From: Macrostomum hystrix | Taxonomy: Eukaryota; Animalia; Platyhelminthes | Direction of reading: 5' to 3' | NCBI GenBank assembly: GCA_950097015.1 | Contig: CATNEN010000001.1 | Span: 26,040,001 to 26,104,000 of the forward strand | Length of the DNA stretch: 64,000 nt | Shown here: positions 24,401 to 37,500 of the stretch, piece after piece | Numbering within the stretch: the stretch's first letter is position 1 | How the letters are laid out: each line of letters opens with the position of its first letter | The notes under the pieces: model-generated | What the model was told of the DNA's origin: nothing | The model's input: the letters and a program-made list of their open reading frames with translations, nothing else | Databases searched by the model: none | Translations under genes and position numbers: made by a program

Positions 24401-25188
24401 AGCAACTCTATTTCTACCAGGAGCTGCTGGCCGTCATTGCGCTAATGCGACAGTCGCGTCGTCAGGTTGAGGAGGCCATGGAGGCGCGCGAGATGCGCAT
24501 CCGCAGGGAGCTGATCGCTGAACGGGACCGCCTGATGGAGACCATGGAGGAGAGATTCGAGACACAGCTTCAGGACCAGAAAGACAAACTGCTGGTGCGG
24601 CTCTGGGGTTCCAAGCCTGACACAATAGAACCCTCTACCTGAACCCTGTCACAATGGAACCCTTTCTACCTGAACCCTGACACAATGGAACCCACTCTAC
24701 CAATCAACCCTGACACAATGAAACCAGTCTTAAGGAAGCCAATATTATTACCAATCCCCAACCCTGGCGCTCGAACTCAGGACCAGCACGAAGAGCGGCT
24801 TCGCGAGTACCTGGGCACCTCCGAGCGCCTGGCGGCTCACCGCATGGATCGCCTGAAACGTCGCGGCGAAGCCCAGCTGGCCGGCCTCCAGGAAAAGCTC
24901 GGCGATGCCGTGGCCAAGCTGGACCAGCAGGAGCCGCTCATCGCCAGCCTGACGGAGGAGCGCGACTCGGCCCTGCTGCGAATCGCCGCCTTGGAGGCCA
25001 GGCACGCGGAGGATTTGTGCACCATCGAGTCGCTGAAGGCCGACCTGCTGCTGCGCCTGCGCCGCATCGGCGACTTCCAACGAAGCCTGCGATCGCCTGC
25101 TGCGGCCGAGTCCTGCGCACTAGGCGGACCTGTCGGCGACCTGGCCGCGCCAATCGACGAATCGCTGAGCAGGTCTGATATCGATTGA
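18474..25188 (+). CDS. KIF20: Kinesin-6 (KIF20A/B, MKLP2/Subito-like). Exons 18474-18683, 18766-19224, 20393-20634, 22240-22627, 23273-23887, 24421-24594, 24781-25188 (last exon may instead splice out at 25172)
   Basis: VYLRVRP; P-loop YGVTSSGKTFT; VWVSCAEIYNE; switch I NQQSSRSH; switch II DLAGSER; REAGSINSSLLTL; VPFRDSKLTRL; MIVNISQC..FDET; long loop-6 insert typical of kinesin-6; coiled-coil tail; all splice phases consistent. Confidence 0.9.
19460..19962 (+). mobile_element. 5'-truncated non-LTR retrotransposon ORF2 C-terminus in kinesin intron 2
   Basis: EKYLTII..PEQRRTMSRFRLGNHKLACET....R.CPKC..EVENDTH resembles the C-terminal Zn-finger region of non-LTR ORF2 proteins; frameshifted; clade not assignable. 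Confidence 0.7.
20690..21770. repeat. 21-bp minisatellite (gccctgaatccttcaccgagt)n, kinesin intron 3
   Basis: ~50 units, including an internal higher-order duplication of variant units. Confidence 0.95.
21830..22226. repeat. 49-bp perfect tandem repeat x8, kinesin intron 3
   Basis: cctgagttcatgagcagctcaagccttaatgactagtcacttgagtatt; ends ~13 nt before the exon 4 acceptor. Confidence 0.95.
22665..23190. repeat. 23-bp minisatellite (tttggtcctcaaaccacagatac)n, kinesin intron 4
   Basis: Visible tandem units, degenerating toward the 3' end. Confidence 0.95.
23990..24370. repeat. 25-bp minisatellite (cctgtcattctgtctgttctgtgcg)n, kinesin intron 5
   Basis: Visible tandem units. Confidence 0.95.
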
Positions 25189-26322
25189 TGATCTCGACTA
25201 AAACACTCTCCCAGAAACCCTTCTGGAACATCTCGATTAGAACACCCTTCTGTAACGTCTAGATTATGACATCCTTCTGTTTTATCTAGATTAGAACACC
25301 GTTCTGAAACGTCTTAATTAGAACACCCTTCTTGAGCATCTCATTTTAAAAAACACCCCTGCACTATTGTAAAACAGTGTTTCTAGTTTTCTCAAAACAA
25401 GGCTTGAACTAAGACTATAGTACTTGCGCTTCCAATCTACAGGATACTTGGCAACTCTGACTGATTCAAGGCGGCGAGATTTTGCGCAAAAGACCGGTGA
25501 CTTTTTGTCTTGTGTGTTTACGAGCTATATCCAGCTGCCATTATTCTATGCCTATTTATTAATGTTAAAGTTGTTAAATTTACTTTTTATTATTGAGGTG
25601 CTCCACCCTTATAGCATTTCGTTAACAAACAAATTAGTTTCTTTAAAAATTAATATTTTTTTTCTTTACAGACTACTTGTAGCATTCAACTCGGACTGTG
25701 CATTAACAAGACTCTTAGTTTTTTTGCTCAACTAAGCATCAAATCCTGCCTGTTAGCACTGATGGAATTGTGCATTTTTGCTGTTAATTATCCACACAGA
25801 CAGACTTCTCTATAGCAGAATTTTTGTCTGTATCAATAATTGCATCTATGTAGCTTCTTTGAAGATTTAATGCGTTTATTTATTTACCCATGTGGCAATA
25901 AATCTTATTTTACATTTTCTCTTTTTGCATGACATTCGCAATTATCGTTCAATGAAATTCTCTTTAAGAAATGAAAAATAATAATTCGCCTTGCGAATGG
26001 TGTCTATTCTTGTTACTGCTTCTCCTACTACGAGTCGTACTACTTAAAGTAGAAGGTGGCACAATGAATTTCTTGATTAACAGGGCGTTTCAAAAGGGAG
26101 GAAATAAAAAGAAGACTATATTATTATCTTGTTGTCTAACAATATTTAAACTCCATCATTATTTGCAGCTGGGCGGATGTGTATTTTTGAGCTCTTTTTG
26201 AGCATTTAAAGGGGGCGATTTTGCTAGTCGTCTATACTAAAATCTAAAGCATTGCTTCATCAAGTATTTCTGTTTTTATTATAATAAGCGGATTTTATGG
26301 AACTGAAAGCTTTATTTTAAAC

Positions 26323-26593
26323 TAGGGGTCGGCAATCTAAGGCTCTCAAACGTCTTCCCTAATCAAATTTCTCCCCAGTCATATCTCATCTTTCCGCTGT
26401 CTTATTTCTCCCGTTTCATCTCTTCCCCGTTCTATCTATGCACTTTTTCATCTCTACGCTGTCTCATCTCTCCCATGTTTCATCTCTCCCCTGTCCCATC
26501 TATACGCTGTCTAATCTCTCCCCTATCTCACCTCCACTGTCTGATCTCTGTAATCTCTTTGTCCAGTGACTTATCTAAGGTTGCTGATCCCAG
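26323..26593. mobile_element. Degraded hAT MITE related to 9384-9866
   Basis: Ends taggggtcggcaa / ttgctgatcccag; flanks ttttaaac / ttttaaaa; internal decayed ctcatctctccc repeats, the reverse complement of the 9.5-kb internal unit. Confidence 0.6.
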
Positions 26594-27419
26594 TTTTAAA
26601 ACCGAGGTAAGGATAAAAATTCAACTTCTATCTACTTAAATCCATAGACATTATCGTTTTGAATGTGTCAAATTATCATTGACATATAACCAAGTGTGCG
26701 TAAACGTCTCAAGCTCCTGTATAGTTTATGGCCCAAAGGCCATCAAAGAAATAGATTGAAGTGTGCAGTAAATTCCGCAACTGTGCGGTAAACGACATAA
26801 CTATGTCTTTTACTGCTACTATGCAGTAAATCCCAGACGGGTATTGTCTATGGGCCGAAGGAGCTGGTCTTGCGCACACACACTTGGTCATAAATCAATG
26901 CACTTATGCTAGGCTTCCTAGTGCGTAAATCTACCATTTAGATTGACAAAGCTATATCAAGTGAATATTTGGCTAATTTTGACTGTCGCAAAGCTAGTCG
27001 GGACTACACTTCAGCTATGTACTATTAAGATTGATGTGCAACTTCTCTTAGTTCTTAACCCTAAAAGATTGCTGCTGTCTCTAGAAATTTAAGTAGAAGT
27101 TTCAGTACGGCTCAATTACGTCTCACAGCCAGGCTAGAACAATAGAAGACATTCTTGGCAGATAATAGTTGATTTTCTATTTTTATCTTTTCTGTCTGCA
27201 GCCCTGTTAGAGTACAATTCTAGAGATTTTTAAATTGCCTTTAGTTGCGGCAACCTTTATTTGACCTCTAAAAAATTCTCACTATTTCACTTTCTTATTT
27301 AATTGTGTAAACTATTAGCTAAGCAAGATGTTGGTGTTTTACTTCTACGAAGCATGTTCATCCACCTAGAGCTAAGTTTTTCTATTTTTGGGCTGAAAAA
27401 GCAAATATTCAAGTATATC

Positions 27420-27925
27420 TGAAGACACCCTCCAAATCTGTAATATTATTTAAAGACACCCTCTCAGTCTCTAAGTATCTTTGAAGACACCCTCTCAGTC
27501 TCTAAGTATCTTTGAAGACACCCTCTCAGTCTCTAAGTATCTTTGAAGACACCCTCTCAGTCTCTAAGTATCTTTGAAGACACCCTCTCAGTCTCTAAGT
27601 ATCTTTGAAGACACCCTCTCAGTCTCTAAGTATCTTTGAAGATACCCTCTCAGTCTCTTAGTATCTTTGAAGACACCCTCTCAGTCTTTAAGTATCTTTG
27701 AAGACACCCTCTCAGTCTCTTAGTATCTTTGAAGACACCCTCTCAGTCTCTAGGTATCTCTACAGACACCCTCTCAGTCTCTAGGTATCTCTACAGACAC
27801 CCTCTCAGTCTCTAGGTATCTCTACAGACACCCTCTCAGTCTCTAGGTATCTCTACAGACACCCTCTCAGTCTCTAGGTATCTCTACAGACACCCTCTCA
27901 ATCTTTAAGCATCTTTGAAGACTCT
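27420..27925. repeat. 31-bp minisatellite (gaagacaccctctcagtctctaagtatcttt)n
   Basis: Visible tandem units. Confidence 0.95.
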
Positions 27926-29367
27926 CATTTTCAGGCACCTCAGTCTGCTATATGATTGTTAGTGTTTCTAAGACACACAAATATTAGGATCAGCATACTC
28001 GGCTGGCAATATTGTTAGTATAGACAAAAGCTAAAGTTTTTTAAAGCCATTAAAGTGAGCCATTTTCCTTCCTAATGCATTCTTCGATGGCATATAATGC
28101 CTCATCTCAACTGCTGCAGACTCCGAGGGTCTGCACCGCGCTGACGCATCTGGTTGGCATGGCAACCGTGAGCTCCGCGGGGTGGCGGGTTAGTGCAGGC
28201 TGGAATGCTAGCGAGTGGTGTGACTGCAAGTGTGAAAAAGTGTGGCTCAATCGTCTAAAAGTATGCAGAATTCACCATCTATTTTCGCCACTCAGAGGAG
28301 CGTCAGCAAATTGCCAAGACACATTAAATAGCATTCACGCATTTCACTGCTGCTAAGGGAAGCTGTTACATGAAATTAATGTGTCATTTAGCATGGCCAG
28401 CTTCAACCATGAGGAATTGCTGCTACAAAATTTGTTGAGTGCAACTGAAATGTGTACCAGAACCCATTGGGGATAATTTCTGTTTCCTTCAACCGATTTT
28501 CACAAAAACAATTGCAACTCCACTCTATCGGTGCTTATGTCTCTAGCTTACGGCTGTTCAGTCCACCGACTGGGGGACAGCACCTCAATTACTCCAGGTA
28601 TATTGCTGGTAACAACTTCAGTTTAACAGCTGGGCGAATTTAAATCAATTCTGAGTTAATTGTCTTGCTAAATGATATAAATTGTTCCAGTGGAGTCGGG
28701 AATCGAAACCACGACCTTCAAGTAGTCTAAGTTCAACAACTCTAAGTGATCTACTACATGTAGTAGACAATTAGTTCTCGTTTCTGCATCGCAGCATTTT
28801 AAGCCGTTTCTTCTTGCTGTCTACCTATCTGCGCAGTGTTAAAAAGCCAGTCAGCTTAATCTGCTCCATAAAATGGGGTTTAGCGGGCATTGTCTCCCTA
28901 AAGTCTACATCCGCTACGTAGCGTCATGGCTGATATTGCTGATCATCGATTTTCTCTTGAACTTTTTACCCTTCACTATGACGCTATCGATTATTCATTG
29001 TCTGAGCGAGCCCCTGGGGTAGGAAAATAAATGTTAAACTGTGACTAAATGTCCCGTAGTCTTCTATGGAGGCAGACCATGCTGCGGACTGGCCTGCAGA
29101 AAACTACAATCTCCAATCGCTACTGTGTTTGATAGTTAGTCACACTGCTCAACGGTACACAATGGCCTATTTGCTCAGGACTATACCACGTAATAGACAC
29201 AGAAAAAAGTGCAGCTGATGGTTAACTGACACAAGTGGCAAACTAAGCGACAGTATTTGGTGTCATGTGGCTGAGTACTGAGAATCCTACCTAACACATG
29301 AACTGGTTGCCGCCAGTTCTTTAATACATACTGGCCACTCGCTATTTATCCTCTGTGTCCAAGCTGG

Positions 29368-30837
29368 CATTTGAGGTGGGTGTCCTAACTGTCATTTGAG
29401 GTGGGTGTCCTAACTGTCATTTGAGGTGGGTGTCCTGTCATTTGAGGTGGGTGTCCTGTCATTTGAGGTGGGTGTCCTGTCATTTGAGGTGTGTGTCCTG
29501 TCATTTGAGGTGTGTGTCCTGTCATTTGAGGTGGGTGTCCTGTCATTTGAGGTGGGTGTCCTGTCATTTGAGGTGGGTGTCCTGTCATTTGAGGTGGGTG
29601 TCCTGTCATTTGAGGTGGGTGTCCTGTCATTTGAGGTGTGTGTCCTGTCATTTGAGGTGGGTGTCCTGTCATTTGAGGTGGGTGTCCTGTCATTTGAGGT
29701 GGGTGTCCTGTCATTTGAGGTGGGTGTCCTGTCATTTGAGGTGGGTGTCCTGTCATTTGAGGTGTGTGTCCTGTCATTTGAGGTGGGTGTCCTGTCATTT
29801 GAGGTGGGTGTCCTGTCATTTGAGGTGGGTGTCCTGTCATTTGAGGTGGGTGTCCTAACTGTCATTTGAGGTGGGTGTCCTGTCATTTGAGGTGGGTGTC
29901 CTGTCATTTGAGGTGTGTGTCCTGTCATTTGAGGTGTGTGTCCTGTCATTTGAGGTGGGTGTCCTGTCATTTGAGGTGGGTGTCCTGTCATTTGAGGTGG
30001 GTGTCCTGTCATTTGAGGTGGGTGTCCTAACTGTCATTTGAGGTGGGTGTCCTGTCATTTGAGGTGTGTGTCCTGTCATTTGAGGTGAGTGTCCTGTCAT
30101 TTGAGGTGGGTGTCCTGTCATTTGAGGTGAGTGTCCTGTCATTTGAGGTGGGTGTCCTGTCATTTGAGGTGTGTGTCCTGCTGTCATTTGAGGTGGGTGT
30201 CCTAAATGTCATTTGAGGTGGATGTTCTAACTGTCAATTGAGGTGGATGTCCTGTCATTTCAGGTGGATGTCCTGTCATTTGAGGTGGGTGTCCTGTCAT
30301 TTGAGGTGGATGTCCTAACTGTCATTTGAGGTGGATGTTCTAACTGTCATTTGAGGTGGGTGTCCTGTAATTTGAGGTGGGTGTCCTGTCATTTGAGGTG
30401 GGTGTCCTAACTGTCATTTGAGGTGGATGTTCTAACTGTCATTTGAGGTGGGTGTCCTGTAATTTGAGGTGGGTGTCCTGTCATTTGAGGTGGGTGTCCT
30501 AACTGTCATTTGAGGTGGATGTTCTAACTGTCATTTGAGGTGGGTGTCCTGTCATTTGAGGTGTGTGTCCTGCTTTCATTTGAGGTGGGTGTCCTAACTG
30601 TCATTTGAGGTAGGTGTCCTGTCATTTGAGGTGGGTGTCCTGCTGTCATTTGAGGTGGGTGTCCTGTCATTTGAGGTGGATGTCCTGTCATTTGAGGTGG
30701 GTATCCTGTCATTTGAGGTGGGTGTCCTGCTTTCATTTGAGGTGGGTGTCCTAACTGTCATTTGAGGTGGGTGTCCTGTCATTTGAGGTGGGTGTCCCGT
30801 CATTTGAGGTGGGTGTCCTGTCGTTTGAGGTGGGTGC
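29368..30837. repeat. 21-bp minisatellite (gtcatttgaggtgggtgtcct)n
   Basis: Long array of visible tandem units, some with 3-4 bp insertions. Confidence 0.95.
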
Positions 30838-31543
30838 CTCAATGTTTTAGTTCTTTCAAAGGAAATAGCTGGCTTTTTTGACGCAGAAAATGCTGCGGAA
30901 AATTGTTGACGTATTTTTGGTTTGGGCTGCCGACTGTCTGCCAAGTGTGGCAATAGCATGTGTTCTCCTCAGATGCATGTTGAAGAACCGAGACAACCGG
31001 TAGGCCATTGTTGCAGGTGCAGGAGTGCAGAGCCAAGATGAAGCACCGTTGGACAAAAAAATAACAATAAAAAATTCCACTTTCGCCACGCGAGAGCCTG
31101 GCGGAGGTTGGGGTGGCGCTGCCGCCTCACTCGACAACAATGGCCCAGCTTCCCCACCTCATCTTCCCAAGTCTGAGACTGAGGAATCCCAGCTAACAGG
31201 AGCCTCCACAGGCGACTGGGAGGGGAGCTTGGGGTGGATGCGATGAGGGGTCGTACATCTCCGTCCGATTCCTCTCCAGCCAAAGACAGGCCGCAACATT
31301 CTCAGTCGGCCTCTCCCGCCCCAGCCACCAACCTCCTGCCGCCCGTTTCGGCCAGTTTTTAAGGGCCCGGCCTTCCGCCAGCCAACCCCACCGCCGCAGC
31401 TGGTGAGGCAGGTTTAGTTGCCAGGCGATACTCAATCTGGGCTTGCAGGCGGCCCGATGGTCCACTGAGGATTCGCGCGCGCTGTTTCCTGTTTTTTCCC
31501 AGCAAAGTTTCGAGTGTTTCATTCGACCAGCCGAACCCGCGCA

Positions 31544-34500
31544 ATGTCCAATGCGGGTAAGAATCACAGCACAACTGCCAGGTCTATGGTGGCAAAGGTG
31601 AGCTGACTAAACTGCTATGGATTATCTTTTTAGCTGCTCGAAATTCAGTAAACAGATACGAGCCCAAAAAGCAGCCGGCAACACAGCCGCAGCTGTCTGC
31701 GAACGGCTGTTCAGTCCATGGACTGGGGGGACGCCACACCCAATCTGAATTACTCCTGCTAATGCTGGTTCCCATGGAGACGGGAGTCGAACTCCCGACC
31801 TTCAAGTTATGAGCCCGGAACGGAGAATAAAGAAGAGAATGTAATGTAGATAAAGAGGTAAAGATAAAGATCATTATCTTTATCTTTATCTTTATCAGGG
31901 AGATAAAGATCTCTCCTGAGACGCAGTGAGATGCAGGATGAGATCTGGCAATGGATTTCCAGTTCCCATTGATAATTCAAATTATAGTTCCGGTCGTAAA
32001 GTTAAGGAAGAGTCGATTTGAAATTTTAATCTCACCTTGATTTTAAATTGCAATCTTTCCTTTATGTAAGTGATTTTTATGTTAGTTAAAGTCTAATGAG
32101 TTGTGGCAGTCTGTAAGAACGTGAATTAGATTTTTTCGAGAAAACTTTAATCCAATCAGTTTCAAAGTTTTTTCCCTACATACTATCTCGCTTTTTAGAT
32201 AATACCACACGAATGGGAAAAAAGGAAATGTATGTGCTTCCTGCATCTCCCAGTGGATTCGTTGCAGTTGGGCCATTGCTAAACGGTTAAAAAATAGAAT
32301 TTTAATTCTGAGAACAATAGACACTGCGTTTGCTGAAATTTGCTGAAATTTAGTCTAAAATTACCTGCTTTTAAAAATAACAGCACCAGTCAGTCATATG
32401 GCTCACTGCCAAATAGCACTCGATTCACCTCGAATAACCACTGAGTGAGTGACTGAGTGAGTGAGTGAGTGAGTGACTGAGGAGTGAGCGAGTGAGTGAG
32501 TGAGTGAGTGAGTGAGTGAGTGAGTAAGTGAGTGAGTGAGTGAGTGAGTGAGTGAGTGAGTAAGTGAGTGAGTGAGGAGTGAGTGAGTGAGTGAGTGAGT
32601 GAGTAAGTGAGTGAGTGAGGAGTGAGTGAGTGAGTGAGTGAGTGGGTGAGTGAGTGAGTGAGGAGTGAGTGAGTGAGTGAGTGAGTGGGTGAGTGAGTGA
32701 GTGAGTAAGTGAGTGAGTGAGTGAGTGAGTGAGTGAGTGAGTAAGTGAGTGAGTGAGTGTGTGAGTGAGTGAGTGAGTGAGTGAGTGAGTGAGTGAGTGA
32801 GTGAGTGAGTGAGTGAGTGAGTGAGTGAGTAAGTGAGTGAGTGAGTGAGTGTGTGAGTGAGTGAGTGAGTGAGTGAGTGAGTGAGTGAGTGAGTGAGTGA
32901 GTGAGTGAGTGAGTGAGTGAGTGAGTGTGTGAGTGAGTGAGTGAGTGAGTGAGTGAGTGAGTGAGTGAGTGAGTGAGTAAGTGTGTGAGTGAGTGAGTGA
33001 GTAAGTTAGTGAGTGAGTGAGTGAGTGAGTGAGTGAGTGAGTAAGTTAGTGAGTGAGTGAGTAAGTGAGTGAGTGAGTGTGTGAGTGAGTGAGTGAGTGA
33101 GTGAGTGAGTGAGTGAGTGAGTGAGTGAGTGAGTGAGTGAGTAAGTGAGTGAGTGAGTGAGTGTGTGAGTGAGTGAGTGAGTGAGTGAGTGAGTGAGTGA
33201 GTGAGTGAGTGAGTGAGTGAGTGAGTGAGTGAGTGAGTGAGTGAGTGAGTGAGTGAGTGAGTAAGTGAGTGAGTGAGTGAGTGTGTGAGTGAGTGAGTGA
33301 GTGAGTGAGTGAGTGAGTGAGTGAGTGAGTGAGTGAGTGAGTGAGTGAGTGAGTGAGTGAGTGAGTGAGTGAGTGAGTGAGTGAGTGAGTAAGTGAGTGA
33401 GTGAGTGAGTGTGTGAGTGAGTGAGTGAGTGAGTGAGTGAGTGAGTGAGTGAGTAAGTAAGTGAGTGTGTGAGTGAGTGAGTGAGTGAGTGAGTGAGTGA
33501 GTGAGTGAGTAAGTGAGTGAGTGAGTGAGTGAGTGAGTGAGTGAGTGGGTGAGTGAGTAAGTGAGTGAGGAGTGAGTGAGTGAGTGAGTGAGTGAGTGAG
33601 TGAGTGGGTGAGTGAGTGAGCCGATTGCATTTTTGAGCACAATCTGAGCATAGTTCTGCTATAATTCGTCAAAAACAAGCAGCTGAAGCAGCTCAGCTGA
33701 AATTCAGCTCAGCGCTCAAACCTCTCTTCCGGCGTCGAAGAGGTTTTTGTTTAAATTGGAAGCGAGTTAAAAGGAGCTGAGATTTCAGTTTCCAGCCGTT
33801 CCCTGCTACGGCTGTGTAGGTCGAGTTTCACATTTCTGGCAAATGTTTGGCAAATGTTAAAAGTACATTTTCAGTTCCAAAATCTCAGCCGAGATTCAGT
33901 GAAAGTATCTCTGACGCTCAGGCTGGTCTCTCTGTCTTGCGCTTAAAGTGCATCTTCAACCGCCTGTTAATAATTGATTTGGGCACCAGTCTGCCACCGG
34001 TTTGGCATTGAGAACTGGCTTCATCCTCAGTCCAAAATCCTTTGTTCTCGCGGCGAAGTTGATTGCCAGCGCGCTAGTGGTCGGTAGCTGAAGGTGCTGA
34101 AAATTTTCATAAAAACAAAATTACTTATGACTGCTAGTTCCAAGTCCCGTTCTTGTCGTGCTGAAAATATCTGTAAGCATTTTATGACATGGAATGTATA
34201 GTTAAGGGAATGTGTAGTTTAGGGAATGTGTAGTTCATGGAAAGTGTAGTTTAGGGAATATGTAGTTTAGGGAATGTATAGTTTAGGGAATGTGTAGTTT
34301 AGGGAATGTGTAGTTTAAGGAATGTGTAGTTTAGGGAATGTGTAGTTTAAGGAATGTGTTGTTTAAGGAATGTGTAGTTTAAGGAATGTGTAGTTTAGGG
34401 AATGTGTAGTTTAAGGAATGTGTTGTTTAAGGAATGTGTAGTTTAAGGAATGTGTAGTTTATGGAATGTGTAGTTTAGGGAATGTGTAGTTTAGGGAATG

Positions 34501-37500
34501 TGTGTAGTTTAAGGAATGTATAGTTTAGGGAATCTGTAGTTTAGGGAATGTGTAGTTTAAGGAATGTGTTGTTAAGGAATGTGTAGTTTAAGGAATGTGT
34601 AGTTTATGGAATGTGTAGTTTAGGGAATGTATAGTTTAGGGAATGTGTGTAGTTTAAGGAATGTATAGTTTAGGGAATCTGTAGTTTAGGGAATGTGTAG
34701 TTTAGGGAATGTGTAGTTTAGGGAATGTGTGTAGTTTAAGGAATGTATAGTTTAGGGAATCTGTAGTTTAGGGAATGTGTAGTTTAAGGAATGTGTAGTT
34801 TAGGGAATCTGTAGTTGCCAGGCGATACTCAATCTGAGCTTGCAGGCGGCCCGATGGTCCACTGAGGATTCGCGCGCGCTGTTTCCTGTTTTTTCCCAGC
34901 AAAGTTTCGAGTGTTTAATTCTACCAGCCGTAGAATGTATAGTTTAGGGAATGTGTAGTTTAAGGAATGTGTAATTTAAGGAATGTGTAGTTTAAGGAAT
35001 GTGTAGTTTATGGAATGTGTGTAGTTTAATGAATGTGTAGTATAGGGAATGTGTAGTTTAAGGAATGTGTAGTTTAGGGAATGTGTAGTTTAGGGAATGT
35101 GTGTAGTTTAAGGAATGTATAGTTTAGGGAATCTGTAGTTTAGGGAATGTGTAGTTTAAGGAATGTGTTGTTAAGGAATGTGTAGTTTAAGGAATGTGTA
35201 GTTTATGGAATGTGTAGTTTAGGGAATGTGTAGTTTAGGGAATGTGTGTAGTTTAAGGAATGTATAGTTTAGGGAATCTGTAGTTTAGGGAATGTGTAGT
35301 TTAAGGAATGTGTAGTTTAGGGAATCTGTAGTTGCCAGGCGATACTCAATCTGAGCTTGCAGGCGGCCCGATGGTCCACTGAGGATTCGCGCGCGCTGTT
35401 TCCTGTTTTTTCCCAGCAAAGTTTCGAGTGTTTAATTCTACCAGCCGTAGAATGTATAGTTTAGGGAATGTGTAGTTTAAGGAATGTGTAGTTTAGGGAA
35501 TGTGTAGTTTAAGGAATGTGTAGTTTAAGGAAAGTGTAGTTTAAGGAATGTGTAGTTTAAGGAATTTGTAGTTTAGGGAATCTGTAGTTTAGGGAATGTG
35601 TAGTTTAGGGAATATGTAGTTTAATGAATGTGTAGTTTAGGGAATGTGTAGTTTAAGGAATGTATAGTTTAGGGAATCTGTAGTTTAGGGAATGTATAGT
35701 TTAGGGAATGTGTAGTTTAGGGAATATGTAGTTTAATGAATGTGTAGTTTAAGGAATGTGTAGTTTAAGGAATGTGTAGTTTAAGGAATGTGTAGTTTAT
35801 GGAATGTGTGTAGTTTAAGGAATGTGTAGTTTAGGGAATGTGTAGTTTAAGGAATGTGTAGTTTAGGGAATGTGTGTAGTTTAAGGAATGTATAGTTTAG
35901 GGAATGTATAGTTTAGGGAATGTGTAGTTTAAGGAATGTGTAGTTTAGGGAATCTGTAGTTTAAGGAATGTATAGTTTAGGGAATATGTAGTTTAATGAA
36001 TGTGTAGTTTAGGGAATGTGTAGTTTAGGGAATGTGTAGTTTAGGGAATGTGTGTAGTTTAAGGAATGTATAGTTTAGGGAATCTGTAGTTTAGGGAATG
36101 TGTAGTTTAAGGAATGTGTAGTTTAGGGAATCTGTAGTTGCCAGGCGATACTCAATCTGAGCTTGCAGGCGGCCCGATGGTCCACTGAGGATTCGCGCGC
36201 GCTGTTTCCTGTTTTTTCCCAGCAAAGTTTCGAGTGTTTAATTCTACCAGCCGTAGAATGTATAGTTTAGGGAATGTGTAGTTTAAGGAATGTGTAGTTT
36301 AAGGAATGTGTAGTTTAAGGAATGTGTAGTTTATGGAATGTGTGTAGTTTAATGAATGTGTAGTATAGGGAATGTGTGTAGTTTAAGGAATGTATAGTTT
36401 AGGGAATCTGTAGTTTAGGGAATGTATAGTTTAGGGAATGTGTGTAGTTTAAGGAATGTATAGTTTAGGGAATCTGTAGTTTAGGGAATGTGTAGTTTAG
36501 GGAATGTGTAGTTTAGGGAATGTGTGTAGTTTAAGGAATGTATAGTTTAGGGAATCTGTAGTTTAGGGAATGTGTAGTTTAAGGAATGTGTAGTTTAGGG
36601 AATCTGTAGTTGCCAGGCGATACTCAATCTGAGCTTGCAGGCGGCCCGATGGTCCACTGAGGATTCGCGCGCGCTGTTTCCTGTTTTTTCCCAGCAAAGT
36701 TTCGAGTGTTTAATTCTACCAGCCGTAGAATGTATAGTTTAGGGAATGTGTAGTTTAAGGAATGTGTAGTTTAAGGAATGTGTAGTTTAAGGAATGTGTA
36801 GTTTATGGAATGTGTGTAGTTTAATGAATGTGTAGTATAGGGAATGTGTAGTTTAAGGAATGTGTAGTTTAGGGAATGTGTGTAGTTTAAGGAATGTATA
36901 GTTTAGGGAATGTATAGTTTAGGGAATGTATAGTTTAGGGAATGTGTAGTTTAGGGAATGTGTGTAGTTTAAGGAATGTATAGTTTAGGGAATGTGTAGT
37001 TTAGGGAATATGTAGTTTAATGAATGTGTAGTTTAAGGAATATGTAGTTTAAGGAATGTGTAGTTTAAGGAATGTGTAGTTTATGGAATGTGTGTAGTTT
37101 AAGGAATGTGTAGTTTAGGGAATGTGTAGTTTAAGGAATGTGTAGTTTAGGGAATGTGTGTAGTTTAAGGAATGTATAGTTTAGGGAATGTATAGTTTAG
37201 GGAATGTGTAGTTTAAGGAATGTGTAGTTTAGGGAATCTGTAGTTTAAGGAATGTATAGTTTAGGGAGTATGTAGTTTAATGAATGTGTAGTTTAGGGAA
37301 TGTGTAGTTTAAGGAATGTGTAGTTTAGGGAATGTGTGTAGTTTAAGGATTGTATAGTTTAGGGAATCTGTAGTTTAGGGAATGTATAGTTTAGGGAATG
37401 TGTAGTTTAGGGAATGTGTAGTTTAGGGAATGTGTAGTTTAGGGAATATGTAGTTTAATGAATGTGTAGTTTAAGGAATGTGTAGTTTAGGGAATGTGTG

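Noticed and set aside
25420-27100. Further kinesin exons or a separate gene
   Set aside because: AT-rich and stop-ridden, at most weakly like decayed LINE sequence on the minus strand; no supportable exon.
30960-31400. GC-rich block with short ORFs on both strands as a coding exon
   Set aside because: No recognisable domain and frames close quickly; more plausibly promoter, outron or 5' UTR sequence of the gene starting at 31544.
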